From Camelus dromedarius (Eukaryota): 64,000 bases of DNA. The position numbers and the translations under genes were made by a program. The DNA is taken from contig NC_087459.1 in assembly GCF_036321535.1 (NCBI RefSeq), positions 21,266,001 to 21,330,000 of the forward strand, read 5' to 3'. Shown here piece by piece: positions 1 through 10,900 of this stretch (its first letter is position 1; each line of letters starts with the position of its first letter). The notes under the pieces were generated by a model. That model made no database searches, was not told the DNA's origin, and was given only the letters and a program-made list of their open reading frames with translations.

Positions 1-1626
1 GAGTTGTAGAACTGTCCATCAGGAGGGTCCAGCTTCCGGCAATAAACACCATCTGGGAAGTAGCCTTCATTCACCCAAGTCTGCAGGAAGAGAGGGCAGA
101 GCTAGGGCAGGACTGACAGAGTGGAGAGAGGTAGAGAAGAGGCAAAATGGAGTAGAAAGGAGCTTACCTGCATCTGGGTGCTGGTGAAGGGCCCGTACAG
201 CTCAGCATCCCCCGTGTTCTCCCACTTATATTCCCACATCACATCCGCCAGACCATCTCCGGAAGACTCTGCTTCTAAAATAACAAGCAAAGCCACAGGG
301 GCCTCAAGTGGCCTGCCCCCTGCCCACAACACCCCTCCTTTGCCCTACAATCTTACCTCCTCTCTGGGTAGGGGTTGGGGTCTCCAGCTCGCCCTCTGCC
401 ACTTCTTCAGCAAACATGTCCAGAGAGGGTGGTGGTGTGGGGTCAGGAGGTCCCTGGGTCCGACACCCCAATCCCTTCAGCCGCATAGCCAACCGTTCCC
501 TTGTCTCTTGATATACTCCGAGGTTACCCTGGGCCACCATCTGGTCAGCCAACCCAGAGAGCCGGTCTAGGCGCTGAGGAGAACTGGGCCGCCCCAGCCC
601 CTTGCTGCCCCCTTTGCTTCCTCCTCGGGCCCCTAGACGCCTCAGTGCCCCAGCCACTGTCTCTCTTGGCAACAGCAGCTCCAGAAGGCCCTCCAGGAGG
701 GCTTGGGTGCTCAATGGTGTCTGGCCCAGACTGTCCTCCTCCTCTGAGTCTGATGGTGGGTGCTGATCAGGTGGCCGCTCCCTGATCTTTACCTGTAATG
801 CAAAAATAGGAGAGTTTTATTTCTGACAAACTGTCTCAGGTTCCAGGCCCAACAGCACTTGCCACCTCCAGGCCCAGCCATGCCAACCCCTGGACCTCAC
901 CCAGTCAATGTTGTCCAGCCAGCTGTCTCGGATCTGAGCATCCCGGTTCAGGAAATAGTTGCCATCAGCATCAAAGTGGCCTTCCTCCATCTCCTCCTGC
1001 AGGTTGAAGGGTGTGATCCGCACACCTCCCTCACTGGGGAGCGTGGCTGCTTCCTGACCTGCACCCAAAACACAGGAGTCCCATGCTAGGTGTGCAAAAG
1101 AGACAGGAGCCTCCAGTGCTCCACAACCACAGGAGCATCTATTTATTCCTCTAGTAGAAAGTCAATTCTTGGGTATAACTCACCTTCTACATCCTCTGAG
1201 GCCAGGATGTCATATTTGCTAGACCCTTCATCATCATCATCTTCCTCATCGCTGTCCAAAGAGTGTTTGCCTTTGAAGCGGCTCCCAGGACCCCCTGCCC
1301 CAGCCACAGGATCCACCAACTGTAAGCAGGAGCCAGAAGTCGAGAGAGATGTAGGTTACTGGCTATTAGCCCCAAATATCCTAGGTTCTAGACTCAAACT
1401 GAAAATCTTTCAAACCCATTTCTCACAGCGCATGGAAACGCTAGCCCCTTCCACCCTTTCTTTGTCCCTCCAGGTTTCTCTGCTAGCTTCTAGCTCCTAT
1501 TTTTCTCCCCTCACTCTTCCCCAGAACGCAGGAGTCTGGCCCCCTCACCTTCTTCTTGGGGACGCTGATTTCATCCTCATCATCCTCATCTCCCACGCCT
1601 TGGAAGGTCACTTTCCTCTTTGGCAT
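1..1626 (-). CDS. CD2BP2: CD2 cytoplasmic tail-binding protein 2 (U5-52K, GYF domain); 3' end truncated by window edge
   Basis: Coding exons (minus): 1626-1549 ([26 protein letters not shown]), 1319-1184, 1058-901 ([22 protein letters not shown]...DSWLDNIDW), 792-357, 274-168 ([26 protein letters not shown]), 80-<1 ([21 protein letters not shown] domain). All introns GT-AG with matching phases. A probable non-coding exon 1 ends at the donor at 2187/2186. Confidence 0.97.
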
Positions 1627-1849
1627 GACTGGATAGAGGGGCCTTCCCCAAGCTGAGCCGAGGGAAAGGGTGAAGATTAGGGGAACTTGGTGAGCACAAT
1701 ACTCACCGCGAGAGGGCTCCCTGCACAACAAATCTTTCACCTGATCGTTACTAGATCTAGTTAGGGACAGGAGGGAACACAGAATCAAGGGCCATAAGGG
1801 GAGCTGGCAGCCAGGAGGCACCAGTCTGGCATCCGGAAGAGTTGCAGTT

Positions 1850-2600
1850 GCGGGGACGGAGAGGCGAACGCGCGGAGGAGCTCCCCATGGGCACTCCCAC
1901 CCTGAACGAAAGATGGGTTCCTCCACGTGACCACCCCCATTCCCGGACCCCGCAGTCCTGGGAGCGAAGGTGCTCCGCGGGCTGACACCCGCTCCACCAC
2001 CCCCAGCTTCCTGGAAGTCTGTGGGGCCCTGGCAGGCCCAGGACCTGGCGCCCCGGCAGCCCCGCTCCTCCCTGCGCCGAACTCCAACTCCGCTGGGTGA
2101 CCCCCCCCAACTGTCTTGGGCTGTGTACAAATTCGAGAGGCGGCAGAGCCCCGGGGACTCCAGCAGTCCCACCGGCGCGCGCTCACCTAAGGATCCAGGG
2201 AAGGCGGGGGAAGAAAGGGAGAGAGGCTTTCGCCAGGGCTACATCCGGGGCACTCAGCCGCCATCACCCGGAAGAGAACTGCGGCAGGCTCCAGGGAAGG
2301 CCGGAAGTGGCTTCGCTTGGGTTAGAGCTAAGACTAACTGCGGGAACAAGCGGAAATACGCACTGAGTGGGGAAAGACACACCCACACCCACACCCCCCG
2401 CAGAAGTGACGTGAGCCGTGTGGGGCGACAATGGCGAGAAGACGGGACGTATTAACGCCTAGACCCTGATCGGACGAGGACGGCCGGAAGTGGTCTCGAT
2501 TCCCTCCTACAGCAGTAGAGGCTGAGGAGAAAGTGGGGGGCACTCTACTTAAAGGGGAGCCCAGGATCACGATGGAGAAGCAAAGTCCCAGCAGGGTCAG
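1850..2600. promoter_or_regulatory. CpG-island, probably bidirectional promoter of CD2BP2
   Basis: CpG-rich. ETS/GABPA CCGGAAGT motifs near 2302 and 2484, GTGACGT near 2406 and a YY1-like ATGGCG near 2431. Confidence 0.75.
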
Positions 2601-3288
2601 TGGGTTGCTGCCCTAGTTTCCCTTTCCCGGGCTGAGTCGCCTTTTCCCCAGGGCTGGCTCTGCACCCATCACCATCTCATTAGAAACCCTGCCTTCCCAC
2701 TGTAAGCGTCCAGTTGCCCGCTGTCTCCTAGTCTGAGGTGTGGCCTTGCTCTTGTCCCAGAGGGGATGCTCGGTTCTCCTGGTGGCTCTTGGGACACCTT
2801 CTGAACCCAGCTCCTTTTAGGACCCAGGGGAAGTCATTTACCCTACGCCTATTCCCTGCGTTAAGTTCCTGGTTTCTGAGGTGGTTAAGAGCCGTAACAG
2901 GAGAGGTGGCAGTGTGACCTGTGCCCAGTACCGAAGTCCCAGAAGTCCCTTTGCCTTCATCTCAGGTAGGCCTGGGAAAGGGCAGCAGTGAATACCCAGA
3001 CTCCCCCCTCCCCCCAAGCAGGACCCTAGCCAAGTGGCCCCTACCCAGGTTTTATAATCTGGCCCAAGGGGAAGAGCTGGGTTTGGGAGGTTAGGAGGGT
3101 TAGGTTCAGTGTTGTGCGGACAAGACCTCTACCTCTTGAGGATACTGAGTCTGAATCCCAGTAGGCCAAGGCTGTGCCCAGAAAGACCCAACTAAAGCCT
3201 GAGAAGGGCAGCATGGGGGGCCCCAGCATAACCGGATGGACCACCCCTCCTCTCTCTTGCCCCTAGTTTCCTCCCAGATTGGACTACT

Positions 3289-3887
3289 ATGAAGCAAAAT
3301 CCGTGCTGTTTCTTCTGTGGGTACAAAACACAGGATCCAGACCGGTAGGGCATCCTGCTAAAGGGGGCCTGAAATACCACCTACCAACACCACTGGTTCA
3401 TCCTCTGGGGAAACCTCTTTACCTGGAACACCAGGCAGACCACATGCCCCTGAGCCTCATCCTGTTAGAGAACTACCAAGTGGAGCCACACCTTGGGGCC
3501 ACAGAACCCCTATGCCTTTACCATCCTGACACCAGGGGTAGAAGGTGGGCAGGCCTACAAGCTGGCAGCAGAAAACCAGGAGCTGGAAGCCTGGCTGTGG
3601 GCACTGGCTAGGGCAAGCTGGAGGTGGCTGGCTGTGCTGCTACGCCCCCTGGAGGCCCAGTACCGGGAGCTGTACCAGGGAGCTGGCCAAGATCACCCCC
3701 AGAGGACTGTGACTTCCCAGCCACCTTCAGTCCCCTCTCCAGCTTCCAGGAGTTGCATGAGCACTTTGGGAAGGAGATCCAGGTGCTGCAGGCAGTGCAA
3801 AGAGGGCTCCAAGAGGCCAGTGACAATGGAGGCAGCAGATCCCAGGCAGAGGTGGAGCTCAATCATTACCTGTTGATAAGTGACTGA
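3289..3887 (+). pseudogene. Disabled Sesquipedalian/PHETA (FAM109)-like PH-domain gene
   Basis: Stitched translation: MKQNPCCFFCGYKTQDPDR*GILLKGA*NTTYQHHWFILWGNL/YLEHQADHMPLSLILLENYQVEPHLGATEP/YAFTILTPGVEGGQAYKLAAENQELEAWLWALARASWRWLAVLLRPLEAQYREL.../SSFQELHEHFGKEIQVL. This is colinear with recalled PHETA1 (MKLN...GFLYKKG...YHRRWFVLRGNMLFYFE...PVGVIILEG...FAF...YVLAAESQ...EGWVKALSRAS...LEQQ...FARLHECYGQEIRAL). Stops TAG 3346-3348 and TGA 3370-3372; frameshifts at about 3418, 3510 and 3700. Confidence 0.85.
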
Positions 3888-4931
3888 GAGATGGATCAAA
3901 GGCCAAAAGGTACCTACTGGCCAAGACCAGCTGACCGCTTCAACAGACACCCAGATCCTGGCTGGCTCTATCACTCCCTCCCTCCTAGTACTTACTCTAA
4001 CCCCCTTCATCAAATAACAAGGCAGGAGACGGACCCAGGTACAACAGCAGGTTCTTTTCCGGTTCCTCAAAGCGCTGTACGGGGTGGGGGCAGAGACAGA
4101 AGAAAATGTAAACACTGGGTTCCACCCCCTGGAGCTCAAGGGAAGACCCCTTACCCAGGTACGGGCTGGAGGGTTGGAAGGGAACAAGGTAAAAGGTGGG
4201 GGTTCTGGTGAGACAAAGCAGGGGAGGCCTGAGAATACAGAGAAAGGTAGATGAAGAGGAAGGAGAGCAAGGAGGGTGGTGGTGGGGAAGAGGGGGACAT
4301 TTCCTGTTCCAGTGCATGTCCCCTTAAATAAACTAGAGTGCAAGAACATTGTGGAGGGAGAACCAAAGGACAGAAGATAGAGTGAACACCCCCACCCTGG
4401 GCTGACCAGGTCTTCTGTACATAATTACAACACAGAGATGTCCAGAAGTAGAGCAAGAAGAGTCTTGGCCCCCAGCCAGGAAGTGGGGGAGATAGGCAAG
4501 ACTCAAGAAGGGAAAAAGGAACCCAGCTCCACTTCATGGGTAAGGGGAGTGACTGGAGTGTAAGAATCTGAAAACCGCTGACTCCCATCGCCAAGAGTCA
4601 CCCCTGTGGTGACAAAAGGCCAGTCAGGACAGCACCTGGGAAGGGACCCCAGAAGGAATTGGGGCAGAAGTGACAGAGACCCCAGCTGGGCTTAACTAGA
4701 GGTGAGGGGCTCCAGATTTGCTCACTGCTGCCCCAGGGAAATGCAGCTGCCCTGTGTACTCTGACTGTCCTGGCTGTGTAGGGATCAGCAGCTGGCAAGG
4801 AAATGGGGAATCAAGCCACTTTCCTCAGAAAGAGGGACACCTGCCAAGGGGGTTGGGAGCAACACCCCAGGCCAGGCCTGCTCTTGGCTGAGGGAAAAAG
4901 GGGGCCATGCAGTCCAGCCCCAGGGCAGAGG

Positions 4932-7900
4932 TCAGAAGTAAGCATCCTGCCGGGCCTCTGATGCTGACGACCTGTCCCCGCCGTCCTGGGGGGCAGGGGG
5001 CCCATCTGCTTTCCGACGCAGCGAGAGCTTCTTGCCTTGGGCCTTCTTCTCCTGCTTCTGCCGCTCCTTCTCCTGCTTCTGCTGCTCCTTCTCTTGCTTC
5101 TGCCGTTCCTTCTCCTGCTTCTCCCGCTCTTTCTCCTGTTTCTGCCGCTCCTTCTCACGTTCCTTTTCCTGTTTTTGCCGTTCTTTCTCCTGCCTGCGGG
5201 TCTCCTTGCTGGGAGCCAGTGGGGTGCTGTTGCCAGTAGGTGAAGGAAGAGATGGACGCAGTCCCTCAGCGGTGACCACAGGCCCTGGGGCAGGCCCAGC
5301 ACTGGCCCTGCGGGCAGGAGGGGGTGGGGAGGGGGCGCCTCCAGCGGCCCGGGAGCCTCGGCTCTTGAGGCCAGGGAGGCTAAGGAGGCTGGAGGAAGGG
5401 CCCAGGGGTGGCTGCTGCCGACGTCGCTCCTCATGGATTGCCCGGGAACCATGCAGTCTCCGTGAGGGCCGGTACTGCAGTTCGCCCCGGGTTTCCCGCC
5501 ACTTCTTGAGCTGGGCTGTGTTCTCTCGCTCAATCAGTGCTTCTGTCACTGGGAGGTTGGTCACCTAGACAGAGAAGAAACAGGTACTAAAATGAAAATG
5601 GGGATGGCGATGGGGATGGGCTGAAGCAGGTGTGAGGTATGCTAAGGCCAGCACCTACCTCATGCACCAGGAAGTCCTCCTGCATGCACTGTTGGGGCAG
5701 GTTGCGCAGCTGCTCCATGGTTTCATACATGCCTTGGCAGGAACGCAGCTTCTCCACTGAGCCCAGCGTGTGCCGCAGCAGCACCAGGGCCACCCGGAAG
5801 ATGATCTTGACACCTGCAGGGTCAAAAAGAAGACAGCCTGGGTGATCAGCCTGGGATCTCAGCCTGTCCCAATCAGGAGGTACACACAGACCCCATCCCT
5901 GTCTACAGCCAACCTTATGGGTGAGAAGACTGAGGACCCAAGAAGCAAAATAAACTGCCATGGGTTTCAGGTTCCTGGGAGGTAGAGCAAACTATGGGCT
6001 GGTGGCAAAGCCAACAAGACCAGGGCTCAGTTTCTCCAGCCCCCAGACTTCTTGTAGTGAAGTGTAGGCCCACCAAGTACCTTCTGTCAGCGGGCTACCC
6101 TCTCTCTGGCAGCCACCATGGAATCCCCAGCCCCCTCAAGGCCCAAATGGCTACAGAATCACCTTCACAGAAGAACATATCCCAGACACGCAGCACTGAA
6201 GCCCAGGGCAGGGTGCGGGCGAAGATGCACATGAACCATTCTGTCATGTAGAGCACAGGGTCAATGCGCTGCCGTCGCAGGTGCCGATGTGCCAGCGGGG
6301 AGGCCCGGCGCAACAGTGCAAAAAAGATTTCTCCATCCAGCTGAATGGCCTCCTGGAGGTGGGACGAGCCATCAGGTGAGGCCTGCTGTGGCCCCCCCTT
6401 GGGGTAGAACTAGTCTTGGGGTAGGGGATCCTCACCTCAGTGGGAGAGGTCCAGAGCAGAGGGACAGAGTGGCACAGGGTGAGGCAGGACAAGGACCACT
6501 CTGCAGCCTTAGGGAAAAGTCACAGCCCCAACTGCACCCAGCCTTCAGACACTTACCAGCCCTGCACTATAGTAACCGGGGAGGTACTTGTCACAGATCT
6601 GCACCAGGCACCAAAAGGCTTGCTGGGAAGGGCAGGAACAAGGAGAGAGGGATGGAGCCTGAGAAACAGGGAGCAGGAAGCTCCCCCATCACCACTGCAG
6701 GCCAAGATCCTCCCAGCCCCTCCCCAACCAGGACCAGCATCTGCTGACCTCAGCAGGCATGTGCATGAGCAGCACTGCAGCCACGGGGGCCTGGGCCTGG
6801 CAGTAGCCCTCATCCGGCCGGTAGATAGTGTAGGCCTTCAGGATTCGATACAGGTCCTGTTGCCTATGGATATTGAGAAAGACCATGAAGGCAATCACAG
6901 GAGTTGGGAGCTCTCTGCCCCAAATAAACCCACCCCCACCAACCACATCAAGAGCTGCCCTATGATTGTGTTCCAGATCAACCTCACACCTTGACCATCA
7001 CACCACACACCTCCATCCAGCTTCCTAATCCTGCCTATCAAGTTTAAGCCAAAGACTCAGACTATAATATAAGCTTTATTCCAGGCTCCAGACTTCCACC
7101 CTTGCCTGCACACCCACGTGCTCCCTACCCATTCCCCAGCACAGACTGTGCTCTCTCTCCATCTGCCACCATCCTATAAACCCTCAAGGTCACCTTCTTC
7201 AGGAAGCTTTCAACAGTGCAGCACCAGCCTGCCTCCAGCACTGTCTGAATGTTTTTACCACCCCAGAGCAGGAGCTCCCCCAGGGCATGGCCTGCCTTAT
7301 CTGTCTCACTGGATTTCATCAGTTCCCCCAGGGCAGGGCCCTGGTTTTTGGTGAATGCTTGGGAAACCAGCTATGCCTCAGACCTTTCTCTTGTCTCTGC
7401 ATCCAAAATAAACTGCCCTAGACCTCTTCCTCTTCCTTGAGGGTGCCCCACTGCTGTGCATGGGAATTCCATCCACTCAGCCCCACGTCAGAAAACAGAG
7501 AGCCTTCCATCACTCCCCACAGCTAATCAAGTGTTATCAACACCACATTCTGAATTTCATTCATCTCTATTCCCTATCTCCACCTCCCAGCCAGTGAGCA
7601 GCTCAGACCTTCATCTCTTACCCAGGAAAATGTAATAACATCCCAAATCCTCTCCCTGCCTCCAGTCACCCACTCATGACCACTGCTTACAATAGTGTTT
7701 CCCAAAATTGTCATTGAAGTGTGATCTTCATTTGTGGTATATCTGCATGCCACCCCTACTATTATCTACTTAATTTTTTTTCTCCAGTCTGCAATAGCAT
7801 CCTTGAAATGACAGGTTTGATAATACTAGTTATCTTACCTAATGCATATTAAAATAAACATGTAACTTCCCATGCTACATTCACCTACCAGATTGTCTCT

Positions 7901-10900
7901 GTGCCACCACCTTCTCCCCTGTTGCTGTGGGTGAACTATCTGTGATCCTGGCCAACCACAGCCTTTCCACTTGGGCACTGCATCCCATCTCCTAACCTAC
8001 ACAGGCCATCCCTCCAGCAACCTTCCCATCACTCGTGTATCATCAATTTTTCTCAATCTACTAGATCGTTCCTGTTGGCATACCAACATCTGTCATTTCC
8101 TCCAGCTTAAAAAACAAAACAAAACAAAAACCTCCCTTTATCCTATTTCCCCTCCAAATATCACACCATTTCTTTCCTACCTATTCAGTAAAAAAAAAAA
8201 AAAAAAAAAACCCAGAGTACAGACCTGCTATCTTCAATTTCTTTCCTTCCATTCTTCAATCAGGTTTTAACCCACTGCTCTACACAAAACTGCTTTTATC
8301 AATGTCACCAATGACCCTCACATTCCTAAATCTAGAGATCGATTTGCAGACTTGACTTTACTTGACCCATCAGCAACATTTCCTACAGCTGATCCTGAAA
8401 CCACTCTTGATTTTGCTTCTAGGAATCATACTCTCCTGGTTCTCCTCATACCTCACCAGCTTCTCCTGCTAGTCCTTCTCCTTTACTGGTTCTTTCTCAT
8501 CTTCCCCTTCTTGAAATGTTGGAGCTGCAGGGCTCAATCTTTGAACAGCTTCCTTTCATAGCTATACCTGCTGCCTTAATGACCTCATCCAGACCGATGG
8601 GGGAGATTTAGTCCCACGTAAAGGCTGACAACTTTAAATTTCCAAATTATTTCCAGTTTAAACCTCTAACCGAAATCCAAACTTATATAATACTGGACAT
8701 CCAGTTTACTTGGCATCTCCATCTGTATGTCCAAGAAGTATTTCAAACTTCACATTCCAAAAATGAGCTCCTGATACATCCTCAAATCTACTTTTCCCCC
8801 AGTTTTCCCCATCCATATCAGTATATTGCAACTCCATTCTTCTAGTTTTCTAAGAAAAATGTCGAAAAACATTAAGAGTCTTCCGTAACTACTCTCATAC
8901 ACACTCCATGTCTAATCCACTGGTAAATCCTTTAGGCTCTACCTTCAAAACATATCCAGACTCCAACCACTTCTCCCCATCACCCCACTGCTATCATCCT
9001 GGTCTGTCTGTCATCGTCTCTATCCTGGATTATGAAAACAGTCTCCTAAATGGTCTCTCTGCTTCTACCTTTGTCTCCTATGGTCTGTCCTCAGCACAGC
9101 AACCAGAACGATCCTTTTAAAACACAAGTCAGATCAAGTCACTTGTAACCCCATCTCTAGTCACATTCTCTATCCCCTTTTCTTGCTTTAAACTCTTCCT
9201 TAATATTTACCATCACTGTACATACAACATACTTTCCTTCTTTATCTTACCTACTGTCTATCACTACTAACTATAATAAGCCCCCTGAGGGCAGGAGTTT
9301 TTGTCTTTTGCTCACCACTATCATCTGTGACTAAAACAGGACCTGGCTGATAGCATGTGCTTGATAAATATCTGCTGAAAGGATGAACTTATTGATAAAA
9401 AAAAAAAGTCCATCCACATGCTCCCTCAAGCTGAGAACCACCTAAAAACATCTTGCACACAGCTATGGAGCAGTATATAGACTTCCTGAGGAAGCCTGGC
9501 ATACAGAACAAAACTCAAGGCTCTTGGCAGAACATTTAAGGGCCTTGGTGATCTGGCCCTAAACTGTTTTTCCAGCCTCAGCTCTACCCAACTCCACTGC
9601 CCAGACACAGCTTACATAACCCTTAAGCCAGGAAAAACCTGGCTCCCATCTACCCTTCCAAACCCAGCTCAAATGCAGCCTCTTCAATGAACCTGTGATG
9701 TGGCTCCCCATCCCCTCACCAGCACCTCCCCCTCATCACTCTGAGTCAGAGTCTCCCTCCTAGGACATTTCCTTCAATATGGCTTGACACACAATCCATT
9801 AAGGACCATTCCTGTGGAAGTCCTAGAAGGCTTTCAACCCAGCCCCTATATCTACCTGGAGCTCTCAACAAATGTTTGCTGACTGACTCAGTCAGGTCAC
9901 CTTACCCATGCCCGCCTCGAGCAGCAAACATCTCGTGGAAAGGGAACTGGCGGTGCAAGTCCTTCTCAATCACATCCAGCCACTTGGGGTCCCCAGGAGC
10001 CCGTTCCAGCTCCTGCAGAGGAACAGCAGCAATTATCTCCAATCTGGAGGAACTAATGACACCCTTCACACAGACAATGTCACAGGTCCCCACACCCTGG
10101 AGCTGTGCACACCTCAAACTTGCCCGGGTTCTGCTCCAGGAGTTCCTTGCTGTTGGACAGGTACTGCCAGGCTTTGGCTCTGAGAGAGGAGGGGATCCCC
10201 TTCCGGCAGCGCAGCTTCACCTACGCAGAGTCCATGCAGGGGAACAGCCTCAGTGGCGGGCACAGCCTCCAAGCTTTCCCCAGCAGTCCTCAGGCTCCCT
10301 GGGACACCCATCCCACATCCCATGGGCTTAACACCATTGGACCTGGCCTGGCCTTCTGTCTTTAGCTACTCTTCCCCCCAAGCCCAAGTACTACCTACCC
10401 CCAACATGGTCCAGAGAGCAGAAACTATCAGGTTCCTGGGCTTCTCCAGAGCACACAGGCCCTCCCTGCCCCCCCCACACACCCTCTGTGTCCGTTGCCC
10501 TGCCCACCACTCAGCCTTCTCAAACCTTCTGGAAACGCCGTGACAGCCACTTATCCCAGTTACTGAACATCTCCAGCCATTTGAGCTCCCGCTGCCGAGC
10601 CACATCCACAGGAATAGAGCTCTCTCTGAGGACATGAGGAGTATGGAAGGGGTCAGTAGTATAAAACCTGGCTTTCTAGGGGAACTGAGGCAAGCCAACT
10701 CCCCAAGTTCAAATGAGAGACCAGAACATAAAAGCATTTTGTGAGCTACCAATACCAAACAGCAGGATGTCTGGCCACTTGGCCATCCAAGGCCCTAATT
10801 CACCATACTGGAAGAAATTCCCTTTGGAAGGAATCTCTGAACAGAGATCGCGTTCTCATGTTGGATCTCTATACAGACACTGTGTTCAAATCCCACTTCT

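Noticed and set aside
1483-2172. 229-aa minus-strand ORF
   Set aside because: Only the last part (from ATG 1626) is CD2BP2; the rest is open frame through a GC-rich intron with a non-ATG start.
3279-3887. ORFs 3279..3611, 3493..3876 and 3624..3887 as three independent small genes
   Set aside because: They are consecutive frame segments of one frameshifted PHETA-like sequence.
3693-4349. 218-aa minus-strand ORF
   Set aside because: Non-ATG start in presumed 3'UTR/intergenic sequence, with no homology recognised.
5032-5568. 178-aa ORF with FSCFCRS repeats
   Set aside because: Antisense reading of the TBC1D10B QEKERQK repeat.
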